From Parasitella parasitica NRRL 2501 (Eukaryota > Fungi > Mucoromycota), in assembly GCA_025201805.1 (NCBI GenBank), contig MU619308.1:62001-126000 (forward strand): a stretch of 64,000 bases of DNA, given 5' to 3'. The stretch's first letter is position 1. Each line of letters opens with the position of its first letter. Of the stretch, positions 38,255-52,095 are shown one piece after another. The position numbers and the translations under genes are program-made. A model generated the notes under the pieces. The model did no database searches, was not told where the DNA came from, and was given only the letters and a program-made list of their open reading frames with translations.

Positions 38255-41200
38255 TCAAAATGGTGTATCCGGCAACGTATCAATAGGTTGAAAAGATAAT
38301 CCAAAAGTTGATCTAACGCTACTATAATTTAATTGCGAATTTGTATTGTCATCAGTATCAGTCTATATACCAATTAGTATTAGCTATCAACTATAGATTT
38401 AAAAACTCAAATAGTTACCTTGTCAACATCCATTGTATTATCCAGTTTGACTAGACAAGAAAACGTTTGCTGATTATCAGCTTCATTCCACACAAATCTT
38501 GGGTTTCTTGTGACATCCAATTGCTTTAGATAGCTTGTCCATTGCAATACATGGCCAATGCTATCAATTGTAATTCCGCAATCAGAGATTTCCAAAATAT
38601 CTATTTTGGATTCCTGAATAAGTCCATTTAAAAGTGTTGCCCCTATCAATTTGCACAAGTTGTTTACAAATCCTCTTTGTTGTCATGACTACAATATTTT
38701 GCTTTACCTGCATCTCCAATTTCAGGGTTTGAATTGAGTGTTAGTTTTCTTAATTTCGAGACATTTTGAAGGCTATTAGCCAGCACCATCATATCTGCCA
38801 AACACGTAAGTAATATATCAATGGATAAAAACATCACTGTAATTTACCTTGTCTTTCGAGCCCACATCCAGTGAAATCTATATGATTGAATAGTGGTTTC
38901 CTCTTGAAAAAACCTTTGAAATTATAGTTTAGTGTTGAAGCTGTTGTAAAGTTGAAATTGAAATCTGATAATCTATCCCCGTAAATGTTAGTGATGTTTA
39001 CTAATATTATATTTCATTGGTCAAGACATACTTTGGTAAATCTGATAACAATTCAAAGTTTAGCCATTTTCCTTCAGTTGCTATACTCGATAGTTCCAGT
39101 TTAGATATCCTTTTGAGTTGTATCCATAGTGGAGTCCATTGTGTTAACATATTAATATCAAAATAATTGCCTGAGATATCAAGCGTTAGATTTGCACCTT
39201 GGGATCCTATCAGTGTTTTAGATACATTCTCTGATTCTTTATTTGAAGTCGCACGTAGATGTACCTTTGCGCCCATGATTCGAATAAACAATTCGTAATG
39301 CCTCATCGATCTCAATAAATCTTCCTATTTCCGTGCCTACCAGGATTAGTTGCTTTAATGAGGGTACCTTCTCTAAAAATGCAGGAAGTTGTTTCAAGAA
39401 TGCGGGGCCGAGCGAGTTGTAAGAAAGGTCAAGCGTTCGAAGACGGTATCGACTGAGAAAAGAAAGGCATTTTGTTGTCAATCGATTGTTGCACACATGA
39501 AGCTCACTTAAGCCCTTATTGGCATGCTCCAAGAGGTATTCCAGGTTACCATCGTCTGTCATGAAAAAAGACTTGAGCTTTTCATTGAATGCATTTATAT
39601 AATGTAAACCTACCAAGCATTGTGGATGACAAGTGCAATGTCTGCAATAATGGTGAATGTTGCAATACTTGTTGAATTACTGGTAATTGATCTTTTGAAA
39701 TACCTAAAACGTATCAAGTGGTTGAGTAGGTTGTACCTGAAAGCAAATATAAGTTCTTTCATTTTACACAATTCCGCTAAAGATATGTTTGTGAAGCTCT
39801 CCTTTGCCAACTTGAGCTGTATTTCTCTTGATAGATCCACACGCAATCTTTCGCAGGCATTTAGATAGATATGCAGTGGTGGTTTCTTTACGACTCCTTT
39901 TACAATGGCTTCTAAAGACTGATTATCTTTGACTATAATGCTGCGAATGTAATCTTCAGGATATATATCATGATCCATAGTGCGCATATGACTCATAATA
40001 GGCTTTCGTACCTCAAAAGTCAGTTTGCAGAGAAGACAAAATGACGCCATTATCAAATACCTCGATACCATAATTATTCCAACATCGAACGGCAATGTCC
40101 TCCATTAATTTCTGAACAGTTTCAGGAATAGGATCGTAGTGAATAGTGAGCTCTTTTGGCACGGGGAATAATATCTTGACTCGGATTTTCTATTGTAGTG
40201 CGTAAGATGGATGTATAATGTTAGCGTTTGGGTCAATTCAATAATCACTTTTTTCGAATCTTTGTTGAATACTGGAATAATTCGACAGTGTTCTGGAAAA
40301 GTAACGTCCATACTGTAGCTGTTTTCCAATTTTTGTTTCTATAATACTGGCATTAGTTTGAAGAATACAACGTGCACTGAATATTTAGTATTACAAGCAG
40401 CCTCTCCTCTTTAATAGCTTCTGTAAGCACCTTCTTGCATGATTCCATTTGAAAATCCTGCTCAAAATATTCGTGGATCTGGACTCGAAGCTTGAACACA
40501 TCGATTGTAAGATGCAATTGATTTAACGGATTATCCATAAAATAAGCTTCCACATAATCAAATGTTTCGTTGCTCGTCTTGAGGTAATCTTCTTTGCGCT
40601 ACAAATTAACACAAGTTAGTGCATGTCATACATATATATATATATAAAACGCAACATATGTTACATATTCTCTCAATTTCCATTGAGCTTCTGTTTTGCG
40701 TTGCAATAACTCTGCGTAGATCAAGTGTGAAAAATCTCTGGTATTCAGCAAAGCAATCAGGTGTTCGTCAATAAACTTGATGAGCATCCTGTAAAGCTCG
40801 TATTTTTGAAGCATTTCGATAAAGTCGAGAAAAAGGGCTGATGTAGATGAGTTCATATTGATTTCTGTGATCAGCAAATCAAGTTGCTCTTTAGCAGACT
40901 TCACCCTTTTGACCATATTAAAGAGATTCTCCTAATGATTGTAAAATCAGTCAAACTCTTTGCAGCCCAAATACTTGTAATTACATAAATATGAATGGAT
41001 TCTGTTTCTGCGCTAACTTCTTTCTTGTAAAGATGAGCACATTCATTATATTCGCCCATAAACAGATGGAATTTGACTACATTGTCAGATTAATTTGGGA
41101 GTGTCATACTTTTACGAATAAAAACCAACTTCTCTCTTCAAAACAAATCACTTTGTCTTGATCAAAATCATGTTTTAGCACTAACGCATACTCTCTCTTT

Positions 41201-42115
41201 TGACATTCTTTGACTAGATCATACTGCTGGATACGCTTGTATAGATTTCCCAACTCCCACCACGCTGATTTTTCACTGGCATAATCCCCTAATTCCTGGG
41301 CCAGTGTGATGGCTCTTCTAAGGTTAGCTTCGCCTTCACTGTACAAGTCATGCACTTTGCTCTCCATAACACCCAAGTTGAAATTGGATGATTGAATCAA
41401 TCTTTTGATATCGTCATCCTGCGGATCCTCTACATCGTCTAGTGTCATGGTATCGATAATATCTCTTTCAAGCTGATAATAGTGTTGCGCATTCTCGTAA
41501 TCTGAATGTCTAGATTCTGGTCCATCATTGCTTTTCATAAAGTAGATATCGCCCAGCACTCGATATATGCTTTGGTATAATGATTTCATCTTGGGAAGCC
41601 CTTGATTCATTGATTCCAGCTCTTTCAGCAGATTAATCGCTGTTTTTTCATGCTTTACTGCAAATTCGTATTCAGTTAATCTATTGAGCGTGTAATATTA
41701 GCAATGAATTTGATGCTAGTACGCTGTATAAATGGGTTACACTAGATAACTTTGACCTATGCTTTTATGGGCTCTGTTTATAGAACTGTCAATATACCTC
41801 TTCCAGCAGTACAAGTTGTAATTACAAATACCTCGGTAAGAGAGATTTATAGTTGATGTCTTCTAAAATTCGTACGGCCTTCCTGCTCAGGTTAATAGCC
41901 TTCCTCATTATAGTCTCATATCTCTGCTCGTCTTCTTCTATTAGCTCAGAGCTATCTGCTTCGAGCCATTCTATCAATTCAAACGCTGTTTCTGCGGCTT
42001 TTATTCTATTACTGCTTGCTAAATACGAGTTGTACTTTGATACATGGAATTTGTAGCCTTCAGTCAAATTATCTGCGTGAGCGTATTGAATGCCATATGT
42101 AACTGTCTTGCCCAT
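38255..42115 (-). CDS. TONSL: TONSOKU/TONSL-like protein: TPR, UBL, LRR; no ankyrin repeats; many exons
   Basis: TPRs: YRVLGDIYF, SNFNLGVME, AWWELGNLY. The spliced UBL reads KIRVKIL...TVQKLMEDIAVRCWNNYGIEP...IYPEDYI...SLEAIVKGVVKKPPLHIYLNAC. RI-type LRRs: LHVCNNRL, LDLSYNSLG, LDISGNYF, LEISDCGI. Stop TGA at 38257-38255. Confidence 0.78.
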
Positions 42116-42284
42116 AATAAACCAGTTGAAGTAAATTGGGAGAAGCAAGTCGTCCCCTTTACTCTCTCCCGCATCTCTCCCTTTTAAAGTTCAGTCCGAG
42201 TACCAGTAGGTTTTGCAGGTCTGATTGGCACGCACTAATGTCGAGAGACCACTACTCGTTTTCTCTTCCTCAACAAACAACAAA

Positions 42285-43051
42285 ATGGACGAGCATGGTT
42301 TTGAAGCAAGATTAAGGCATTTAGAGCATATTCTATTAGGACAAAATAACACACAAGCCAAAGGGTCTGATGAGACACTGATTAAAAGAGTGCAAGCGCT
42401 TCAAAAAGAACTCGATACACTCTACAAGAACAACAAGGTTATCAAGGAATTTATTGCCAAGTGTAATAGCAATATTGATTAGACGTATTTCTGATTTTCT
42501 CATATGCTACACAATAGACGAGACACATGCTAAGCTTTTTAATCCTAACACGTCTACATATACCATGGAGAGAGAGATTCTTACACCAGACGTTAAGCTC
42601 GAGCTTTTATTAACAGCAAACGATGATCTCGAGAAGTTTGCTCAAGAAGTAAAGCAAGTGAAAGACTTGGAATACGTTGTAAATGGATCCAATTTTGATG
42701 GTATATTTTGTTTGCACCTGGTTCATTGCTGGTCGATTCACTAATGCAATTATATTTTGTGTGCTCATGCAGTTGTAGAAACATTGGGCCCTAAATTGGC
42801 CCATTTGGAGGTGACACACACAGACCGAATGTCTGAATTGAATCAAATCACCAAGCAAGTATCTGATTTCATGGAAAGATATAACCACACTGTAAGTTTT
42901 GCTCATTTAATTTCAATGGCGAGGATGTCTTGATTCTGATTCTATGCGGTAGGTGAACACTTTATCTGAAATCTTTATTCAATGGGATCATATTTTGACA
43001 AACATGGAATCTCATTTGAGTGTCCTTGAACGTCAAAATGTAGCTGCTTGA
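42285..43051 (+). CDS. DCTN3: Dynactin subunit 3 (p22/p24), 4 exons
   Basis: N-terminal FEARLRHLEHILLG, coiled coils, and C-terminal ERYNHT|VNTLSEIFIQWDHILTNME fit the Dynactin_p22 pattern (YN...LS..F..WD..L). Confidence 0.85.
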
Positions 43052-43309
43052 TCGCCATAAACACTTTAAAAATTATCTTTGAAATAAAATACCAACATAA
43101 TATTCAAATGATAAACACTAGAAGGGGTGATTTGAATTTTATGCGTAATACACCATCCGTTTGCATTCACCGGTTTTCTTGAGCAAAATTAAACAAAGAG
43201 CATTTCGTAATTAACGGCGGACTAGTGTATTGTTGATATCTGCAATGTATAAATTTATTATTTACCAGTATTAGTCCGCATATACCGCATACATTATAAC
43301 AGATTCTGC

Positions 43310-46300
43310 TTATACAAAGGGAGCCCAACCTAAAAAAAAGCCGTTTATATAAGTATACAATCATATTCTTAGAAATGTCACATACCTGGAAACATTTGAG
43401 CCAAATTGTTGTTATCCGTGGCTTGCTTGATCAACCTTGAAACTTCTTTATTGATCTCTTCAGGTTTAGTTGCAAACTTATGTTGCAGTACTTTGAGAAT
43501 TTTATCAGTTCCTTTTTGACTACTGCGAAGAGACAGTCGAGGAGTAACAACTTCGGTAGCTTCCAGCTCATTCAGTAAGGTTTGGAATACACTGAGCAGC
43601 GAGTCTTTGTTTAACAGCAACACCCTCAGTGTAGTCTCACATGTAGCCTGAAATAGCCCGCGCGTGCCAAGCACACCCATGGCGTGAACCAGATTCTGTG
43701 TGAGGCGGAATGGTACCAATTCAGGAACCGGTAGCTGTGTTCCTTTACCAAATAGTAGATTCAAATCTACATGAACAACATCGCCATTTGTTTCGTCAAA
43801 CATGATATTTTCTGCATGTCGATCCCCAAGGCTACAAAACAAAAGACCTAAGTACGACGACATTTATCAGTGGTCAAAGTTGCGTGCCTACCCAACCATG
43901 TGTCCTACAATAGACATGACAGCTAGAGTTTTGATATATCTTGTTCGACTATTCAACCATTGATTGGGCTCTGGAAAGTTTTTCAGGAACCATTTATAGA
44001 ACTCGGGCGGGCAGCTATATTTGAATGAATAATGAAAGTGGTATGAATAACAGTTATTGGAAAACTTACACAGGAAGGATTCTTTCAACAAAAAACTTTG
44101 TTTTTTCGACACCAAGGCCAAGCTTTTGAGCGTTCAGTTTTTGAGCGATAGCCTAAATGCAGCCTGTTAAAATCAGGCGCTAAAATGCTCTCCATCTCAC
44201 AACTTACGGTAACGGAATGTTTGCCACTGGCTTCCCAATAATCACTCACAATGGCCTTCAAAGGATTCAAATTATCAATCCATTCGATCAATCCCCATCT
44301 AGTACCCATCGGCAAAATAGAAAAAGTACGAATATCTAGTTGATGCGTTAAAATAAAAATGAAAAACCTCCCCCCCCCCCAAAGAAACACGACAGAAGCT
44401 TACATAAATCGTTATCCCGAGATTTAGGATTTTTGCGAAGGAAGTAGTTGATCATATAAAAGAATTCCATAGTCCGTGCATCATTTCTCAGATCGTCCTC
44501 TTTCTTCAACAGAAAACTATACGTCTTGCCATCAGAACCCATAGCCTTGATTCTCTTTGGCTTCTGAAGCGATCTCATCACAGTTACTTTACTCTCAAAG
44601 TCTATATTGGATGAAATCAGTCTCAAGTTTTTGTCTCAAATGGGTGAAATTTAACTTACATTTGATAGTCGGTAAGTCAGTAGGGAATGGTCTAAGTGCG
44701 GTGTCGTTCTTTTTTATATGACCAGGCAATGTAGGCAGCATACTGGCTTCGTTGGGCATGTACAAATTGAGATCCTGCAAATCGGAAAATGGGTTTCTAT
44801 AGCCTGAATGATTTAAATCAACAGATTCTCCTCCCTTTTCATTGTCAACGGGGGTCTTTAACAGCTCTAAAAGGGCCTCTTTAACAGCAGTTGCTTGCTA
44901 TATATAGCCGGTTAGCGTTGCTTACATTCACAAGGTCCGATTCTACAAACTTACCAAAATGATCTCTATAATCTGATTATCAGGACTTTGTGCCTATAGT
45001 TCAAGTCGAGCTAAGTATCTGGTTGACGTTCAAAGGCGAATAAAGATGCGTTACCTTTGCTAAATCAAAGATTGTGTTCATTCTTTTGGCAACAAACGGA
45101 GAGTCGGAGCCCAAGGCGCCTAGCGTGAGCCAAATGGTATTGCGAGGATAGGCAACAAAGCAGTTTTTAATAATGTTTTGTAAACAGGTCGCAATCTGCT
45201 CATTATCAGTGGATAAGTGAGAAATCAACCTTGTCAAGAACAAAGTAAACTATTATATGTTGGTATCAAACGTTTAGACCCATGTTTGGTTTTTGATAAT
45301 TACTTGGAATGGCTGAATGAGGTCTGGCACTTTGGCCATTAGGTCATTGATCTTGTTCATGTGCGCCATCACTTTCTTGTTAAGTTCTGTTCCACTAGAT
45401 GGAAACTTGTTTAATTACTTCTCCCCTGTTTTTTTTTGTGAATTAGAATTACGTACGGTTGTTTTGCTGCTTCTTTTGCCTGTTTTTCCATATCGAAATA
45501 GGTATTGAACAATCTTGACATTGAGCTGTAATAGTATTTAGACCCATGCTCAAGAGCCTTGGATGAGGTTTTAATGATATATTCTTGAACCATCAATCTA
45601 AAGACAAATCAGTAATGTTTAATAGCCAAGGTAATATCTCTCGGATGTTACTTGTTTTCAGTAAGAGGCGCAGAACGAGGAAATCGAAGCAGATAGTAAG
45701 TCGAGCAATTGTGATTAGCCTTCTCAAGCCTGTATCAACTAGAGTTGAGTATCGTAGCATGTAGCATCGACGCTTCACCCGCTCTACTTACTTTTCAGGA
45801 TCAGATCTCAAACAAGAATGGAAGAGCTGTCGAGTCGTCGCAGCATCAAAGGAATTCGGGTGTTGAATGAAGATGTCAGAAAGTAGCAAAGCATCCTAAA
45901 AGATACGTTAGGCTGCTAGTGTATATATTATAGAATAGTTGTAACCCCACCTTTGAATTAAACGTAGAGCCCTGATTGTGGTACTTTAGGAGCTTAATAG
46001 CTTCATTCACAGACCCTTTCTTCCAATACCATTTTGCCATGTCATAATACAATTCACGACCGCACAGGTGCTCAGCATGCTTTAATGCGTTCAATGATGC
46101 CACCATATTACCCATCTTACGGTTTTCTTTCGCAAGACTTAACCACAAGTTGGATTCCATCAGTTTTACCCTTTCAGAATTCCTGCATAAACAAGCCATT
46201 AGTGCCTCTTGTGTCATTGGTGGCCAATTAACAAAGTTACCTAATATCAAAGAAAGCGGCTTTTCGTAACTCCAGCAAGTTTAGTCTGTATTGTGAGCGA

Positions 46301-49300
46301 GGCATAATACGTTTGAGGCTCTCATCCCATCTAGCTTCGAAATTCTTCATTTCTTCGACCGGAGCTGTCGCATTCCAGACTTGCTGAGAGTTCTCCAGCT
46401 CTTCAAGAAGCTGTAGATTGAACAGTTGTGGGTATGATTTACGGTATGAGCGAGTACTGTTCATGGTTATCTGGCTTGTCAGGTTCATTCTGGCCTCGCC
46501 AATCGTTCTAGTCAGCTCGACAGGAATGTTGTTTCTCATCTGATGCAGTGCGCAGCCAACCAATGCTTGTGCATTCCGCTCCATTGGAAGATGAACACCT
46601 CTGTCGAGAGCTTTCCAATCTTGAACTCTCCAGGCAGCATCAATTCTAAATGAATTAATTTGAGGCTGCCACAGAGGAACATCGGCAAGCTTGTTTTCAA
46701 CCTCATAAAGCAGTGAACCTGCAGTGATAATAAAAGCATGAGCTCTATGCTATGAATCAAAAAGAAGAAGGCTTACCGAATCGATTTGACTTGGTCAAAC
46801 ATTCAAGGTAACCGGTGTACGCGGACAAATCTGACGGACTGTCCAGTATCTTGCTCTTGTAAAGCGTCTCTGCATAATCCCATTCGCCCAAGTTCACATG
46901 CTGAGCTATCTGTTCATCACGATTCGTCACTACAGTATAGGTGTCCATCAAAGCCTTATAGTCAATAGGATCATCGATTTCAATGTATATTTGACGGAGG
47001 TAGTTCATGATGTCCTGGTCTTTAAAGGCATTGTTGCAGTGCTCCTTCAAATACGTTTCAAAATGCATTAATGCTTGAGGATATGCTTTGGCATTGAACG
47101 CAGCGATGCCCATATCCTTATCAGGGATTTGCCTTAAAAAGCCATTGACACGCTGAACTACACTGGTCAGAGTGAGGTCGTTAGGGCTAACACGGTTCAG
47201 CCATTTACGACAATACTCGGTTACAGCTACAGCCACTTGAAGAGAGTATCTGTTCATTTGGATTTTTTCAATATCCTCTGTTGGCCTTGCGTTCATATCC
47301 AGTACAGATTGAAGCTCATCGATAATAGCGCGAGAATCATCGCCACTGCCCGACAAAATGGTGTGTAGAACAAGATAAGGCAGCAGATGGAGAGCTACCT
47401 CCATCATATCATATTGAACCATAGGAAGGCACGCCGAAAAAATCCTGCCTGCAGCGCCAATTGCTCCTTTTGTCATTCGACAATACCAGTTTTTGATCCA
47501 CTCCTTGAAGCTGTGGGAGTTGACAAAAATGGGGTATTCTATATGTATTTCAGGCCATGCCACTTGGTACGCCGACTCTAGAAAGGGCGCCAAAAACTCT
47601 TGAATGTGCCTAGGGTGGCGTCTCCAGTGGTTGTAAGCTTTGACAAAGATATCATTAGTCTTCATTTCGGGGATCGTGCGATATCCAGCAATGTGCACCA
47701 GCGTCTGTATCGAGTACTCAATGCTATGACGGGTAGATTCGTCCACAATAGCATTGTACGACGGAAAGATGTGATTTATGATCAGATCGCAGATATAGTT
47801 CAAGTTCTCGTCATCGTTGTTGAAGTTTCGCATGACGAAGACTGTCTGGTCAATAACATCCATCTTTATCAGCCCAGGGTTTGCAGCGCCTAGTTTGCCC
47901 AAACATATTGCAGCATAGTAAGAGATCATCTCGTGTGTGTTGTATTTTCGAAGAAGGTTAAACAAGTTGGCATACAGCTTGTCCACCAAATATCGACACC
48001 CAGGGTGGTTCATCAGTATCTTGTATAGTTTTTCCAGACTTGTTAAAACTTGGACACTGTCGAAGCTGGAAAAATCTTGGATGATTCTTCGAATGTCATT
48101 CTTGACTTTGGATTTTTGATGCTCAAGGACATACTTTTTAACAGCGGTAAGCTCCTCAAAATCCAGCAGTACAGGCAGGTTGGAGTAGTGCTCCTCGGTT
48201 AGGCCAGCCCCATGTATCAGTAAGCTTTCCAAGACATGAGCCACTTCTAAACGGACATCGCCAGGACTGACAACAAGGATATTGGACAGGCCTTTTACAA
48301 TAGGATTGATGTACACAGCAATCGCATTCTGGTCTATTAATTCGATATACGCTTTCCATAACGAGAGGGAGTCTATTTGCATCTCTGGTAATTCTGTAAC
48401 AGTGTTAAAGATCTTCATCAGCTGCATAAAAAAAGAAAGACGTTAGCCAAGTGCTGGTGTACTTGCTTCTGCAATACTTGCATGGAGATTATGATTGTTA
48501 ATGTTTGATTCCAATAATCGCATTATGGTTTTTAAAGATTCGAGGGCATACGGATATTGGACTTCAAGAGTTTGGTTTCTCTTTTGAGTTATGTAGCTGG
48601 ATATCTTTTCAGAGATTGCCATGATCAATGACGATATGTAATCACCAAGAACTGAATTCTTCCCCCGAACAATATCCTTCAATTCCATGACAGCTTTGTA
48701 ATACTGTCTACTCTGCTCAGGATGACCCAGATTCATGGCCAAGCTAGCCATTAGTCTAGTATGGTTACTTGTTATGAGCTTTTTGAGGCCGTCCTTCTCC
48801 TGCAATATGTTTTCCAGCCGCTTGATGCTAATGTTCTTTGTCTCTGCGTCCTGCTCCAATAAAAGAGCAAGTGTGATATGGTGCGCTTCATTCTTACACA
48901 AATCCACCGTTGGTTTGTCAAAAGCGCAGGAGATTCCCATTATCGCGTCTTCACTTTGGTCGTAAAGGATGGCGAAGGGCATCGCAAAGTGGATGTATTT
49001 TTGTAAAAAGTTAGGTATCGTGTAACCGATCAAGTCTACAATGCCCTCTGCAAGATCAGGGTCTTTGAAAAGCGCCTGTGTGACATACTCAGTCAGTTCT
49101 TTCATGTACAGCTGACATATAGTTTCCCCAGGAGTGTTGTCAGTGTAAATGCATATGCATTTGAGCTTAAAATGAGAGAGTCAGTATACAATATGTAGTA
49201 GGCGTGTGTATGCATACTTGACTCAACAATGGAAGACTGTTTTCATCGCCCAGATCGAGAGATACCAAGTTATGAATTATATCTTTGGCTGTGGAGTAAT

Positions 49301-50814
49301 GTTGAGTAAATACAGGCGTCATATCTCGAGTATATGTCAGATCATTATCTAAATAGGATGTTGATTGTAGAATTGAAATGTTTTCTTTTAATAACGCAAT
49401 CTCTGGGCTGTCATAATGCTTGGAGGTGTAGTCAATCAACCAAGGGGTCGGTGTCTTATTTCGAGCCAGCAAATACGATATCTCAAACATTGCTTTTACC
49501 TGCATTGACCCGAGTTTAAGTTAGCTAGAAAATACGGTTTTCAAAATAGATGGCTCATACCAAACCTTCGCTGACAGAGTTTACCAAGTTCGTCGCCAAT
49601 ATATTTGCATATTCTGCCAGATCGGAGCAGTATATCATATCTAATTGAGGAACAGCTACGCAGATCTGAGAGATGCCATCAGCAATGAACTTCAATAAAT
49701 CATTGCTGACTTCACGATGAACGGCTAAAGCAGTCAAGGATGTAAGCAATGCTAGGATCTCATTGTCATCAGCAACTACAAGTTTGGCTACGAGTAATCG
49801 TGTGCCTATTCTGACCATGTTCTGGGACACACTGCAGTTAGATCAATTGTTGTAGGACTCTTCATAAAACTTAACTTACGGTAATGATCATCGAGGTCAT
49901 TGTGTTTAAATCAGTAGACAAATGAGCCAAGAATTCAGGGATGACTGTCCATAAAAGATAGCAAAATGAATCAAATTCGACACCATCCTCCAATTCAATC
50001 ATTAAACAGCAGGCATAACTTGTAATGGCTATAATATTCACAGTATCTTGCGTCTTTAAGTCAACATTGAGAGTAGACTTAATAGAATCCAATTAGAATA
50101 AATTTTGGTTATTACGCGAAATGTATAAAATTTACCTTGTTGTCTTTATCATAAAAGTATGATTGAAATGTCTCTAGTAAACTGCATTAGCAACGTTCTC
50201 TCTATTTTTGTTCCCTGATGCTCTCAATTACCGACAAGTAAATGCGCAGTGTCACGAAAGATAGGGTTATCGTCGACCATTTGTTGTTCTACGAGGTATT
50301 TGAATAAACTGCATAGCATTTCTCCATAAACCGTGGGATGGTTTTGGGTCGATGGGTAATGGACTGCGTGGAGAAGAATAGGCTGAACAAGACCAGCACA
50401 GAATTCAGGTGAAATTTGTGCCTTGAGGGACTCCTTCAGTAAACTTTGAATTTCTATATACATGCAAATCAGGTTGGACGCAAGTATTTGAAAGTTTGAT
50501 ACTTTGATTTACCTTGGATGGACTTCCACTCTTGTAAGCTGTTTTCAAAGAATCCTTCGACATTATCATTCATGTTAAATTACAAAAAGAGAGACAGAAA
50601 CGCGGTACATGAACTTTTTCAATTCTGTGTTGTAAGGGCGACTTGGCGCGATATGATGATTTTGTTTTGGTTGTTCTCCTTGCTTCCGCAAGGTAGACTT
50701 GATTTTCTATACTGGCTTGAGTAAAACTCGAGTAGACAGTTCTATTTTACTGAAACAAAGGTTAAATCCATCTGATGTCCCTCTCGGTGAAAAACGAAAC
50801 ATCATTCTATTCAT
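43310..50814 (-). CDS. MEC1: ATR/Mec1/Rad3 PIKK checkpoint kinase (UME, FAT, kinase, FATC), many exons; 5' end approximate
   Basis: SLQKPKRI...GSDGKTY.FLLK..DDLR.D.R.MEF; GLIEWIDN; TLAVMSIVGHMVGLGDRHAENIMFD...HVDLN; VPELVPFRLTQN; FATC NLAQMFPG|WAPFV*. FAT segment AAFNAKAYPQALMHFE. Confidence 0.93.
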
Positions 50815-52095
50815 GGCGGGGAGGGGGGGAAGGGTAAATTTTTGTTATGTTACACTAACATGTTGCCCTATCAATGTTTTACTGTATAGAAACCCTTTGT
50901 TTGATGCATGATAATGTCTCTCAGAGTTAAGAATATTTTATTGAATTTAAAACCAAGGATAAAGGATGGTCCCTTTGATACCTTTGTGGTTTAAAGTACA
51001 TTTATTTTGGCTTATTTTTTGTCAAAGCTATTTGGCTTTGCCCAAAAGAATTATAATGAGAAATAAAACGTCTTGCTTCGTTACATGAAATAGTTTTATG
51101 AGTTCAAAAGTTATTCCGCACTAGTCCAGATCACATTATTCTAACAAAAGTATTATTGCGACTTGAGATACCTTTATTTTTCAGCTTTTACCATTGTCTT
51201 CTATCAAGGACTTGTATTGATGTGAAAAGCCAGCGCATCAAGGAGATGAAAAGACGTTTCAAACAAACAAATAAATGTTTATTTCACATTATTTTTACTC
51301 AATAAACAACAGTTCTTCCTTGTCCAAATTATTGCTGTACTGCCGTATGTAGTATTTTAATATTAGTTGCTTTTGTGTCCCAAAGCCTTTAGTTGAATAA
51401 ACTAGTAATAATACAAGTAATTTTCATTCCTGATCTGCCATAATGTAGGATAGGAGATCATGATAGTGTACTTCAATTAAAGATTGGAGATTGTCCAATG
51501 ATGTGTTGTTATACTTGTCGAAACAGGAGAATAAAGTCTTTGTTTCAAATCAGGAAGGTTATCCGTAACACAGATCTGTATGATTGACAAACAATAAGGT
51601 ACTGTCAGATCAAAGATCAATAGCCTTGTAGTATAATAATACATCGTACCCTGTTAAGGATATGATGTTGCTTGCAAATTATTCTTATCGATTAGTATCG
51701 ACTAGTATTTTAAATAAGTCACCAAAAATTTATGTTGTTGTAAAAAGTATAAATAGCAGATGCAAAGTTGAATCTTTAATAAAGTAATCTCAAGTTTTCG
51801 TATCTCGTTAATTCAACGTTTTATTTAATACTTTTCTTATTTCGATCTTGCAGATCTCAACAATTCCTACGTCGCTGAGCCATAACCACATTATACAAGG
51901 ATTGATTCTAATCAATATTGATATATGGGAATAGTAAAATCTTGTTGTTACTACAAGTTATTTAACCCTAATATGTGAGATATGAAAACCGTTGTTTTCC
52001 GTAGATGAATTTATAGTGCATATTGATTTTTTCATGCATAGAAGCATATTTATTCGATTGCAGTGATTTTACCTTACGTTTTTCATGTTTGGTTA

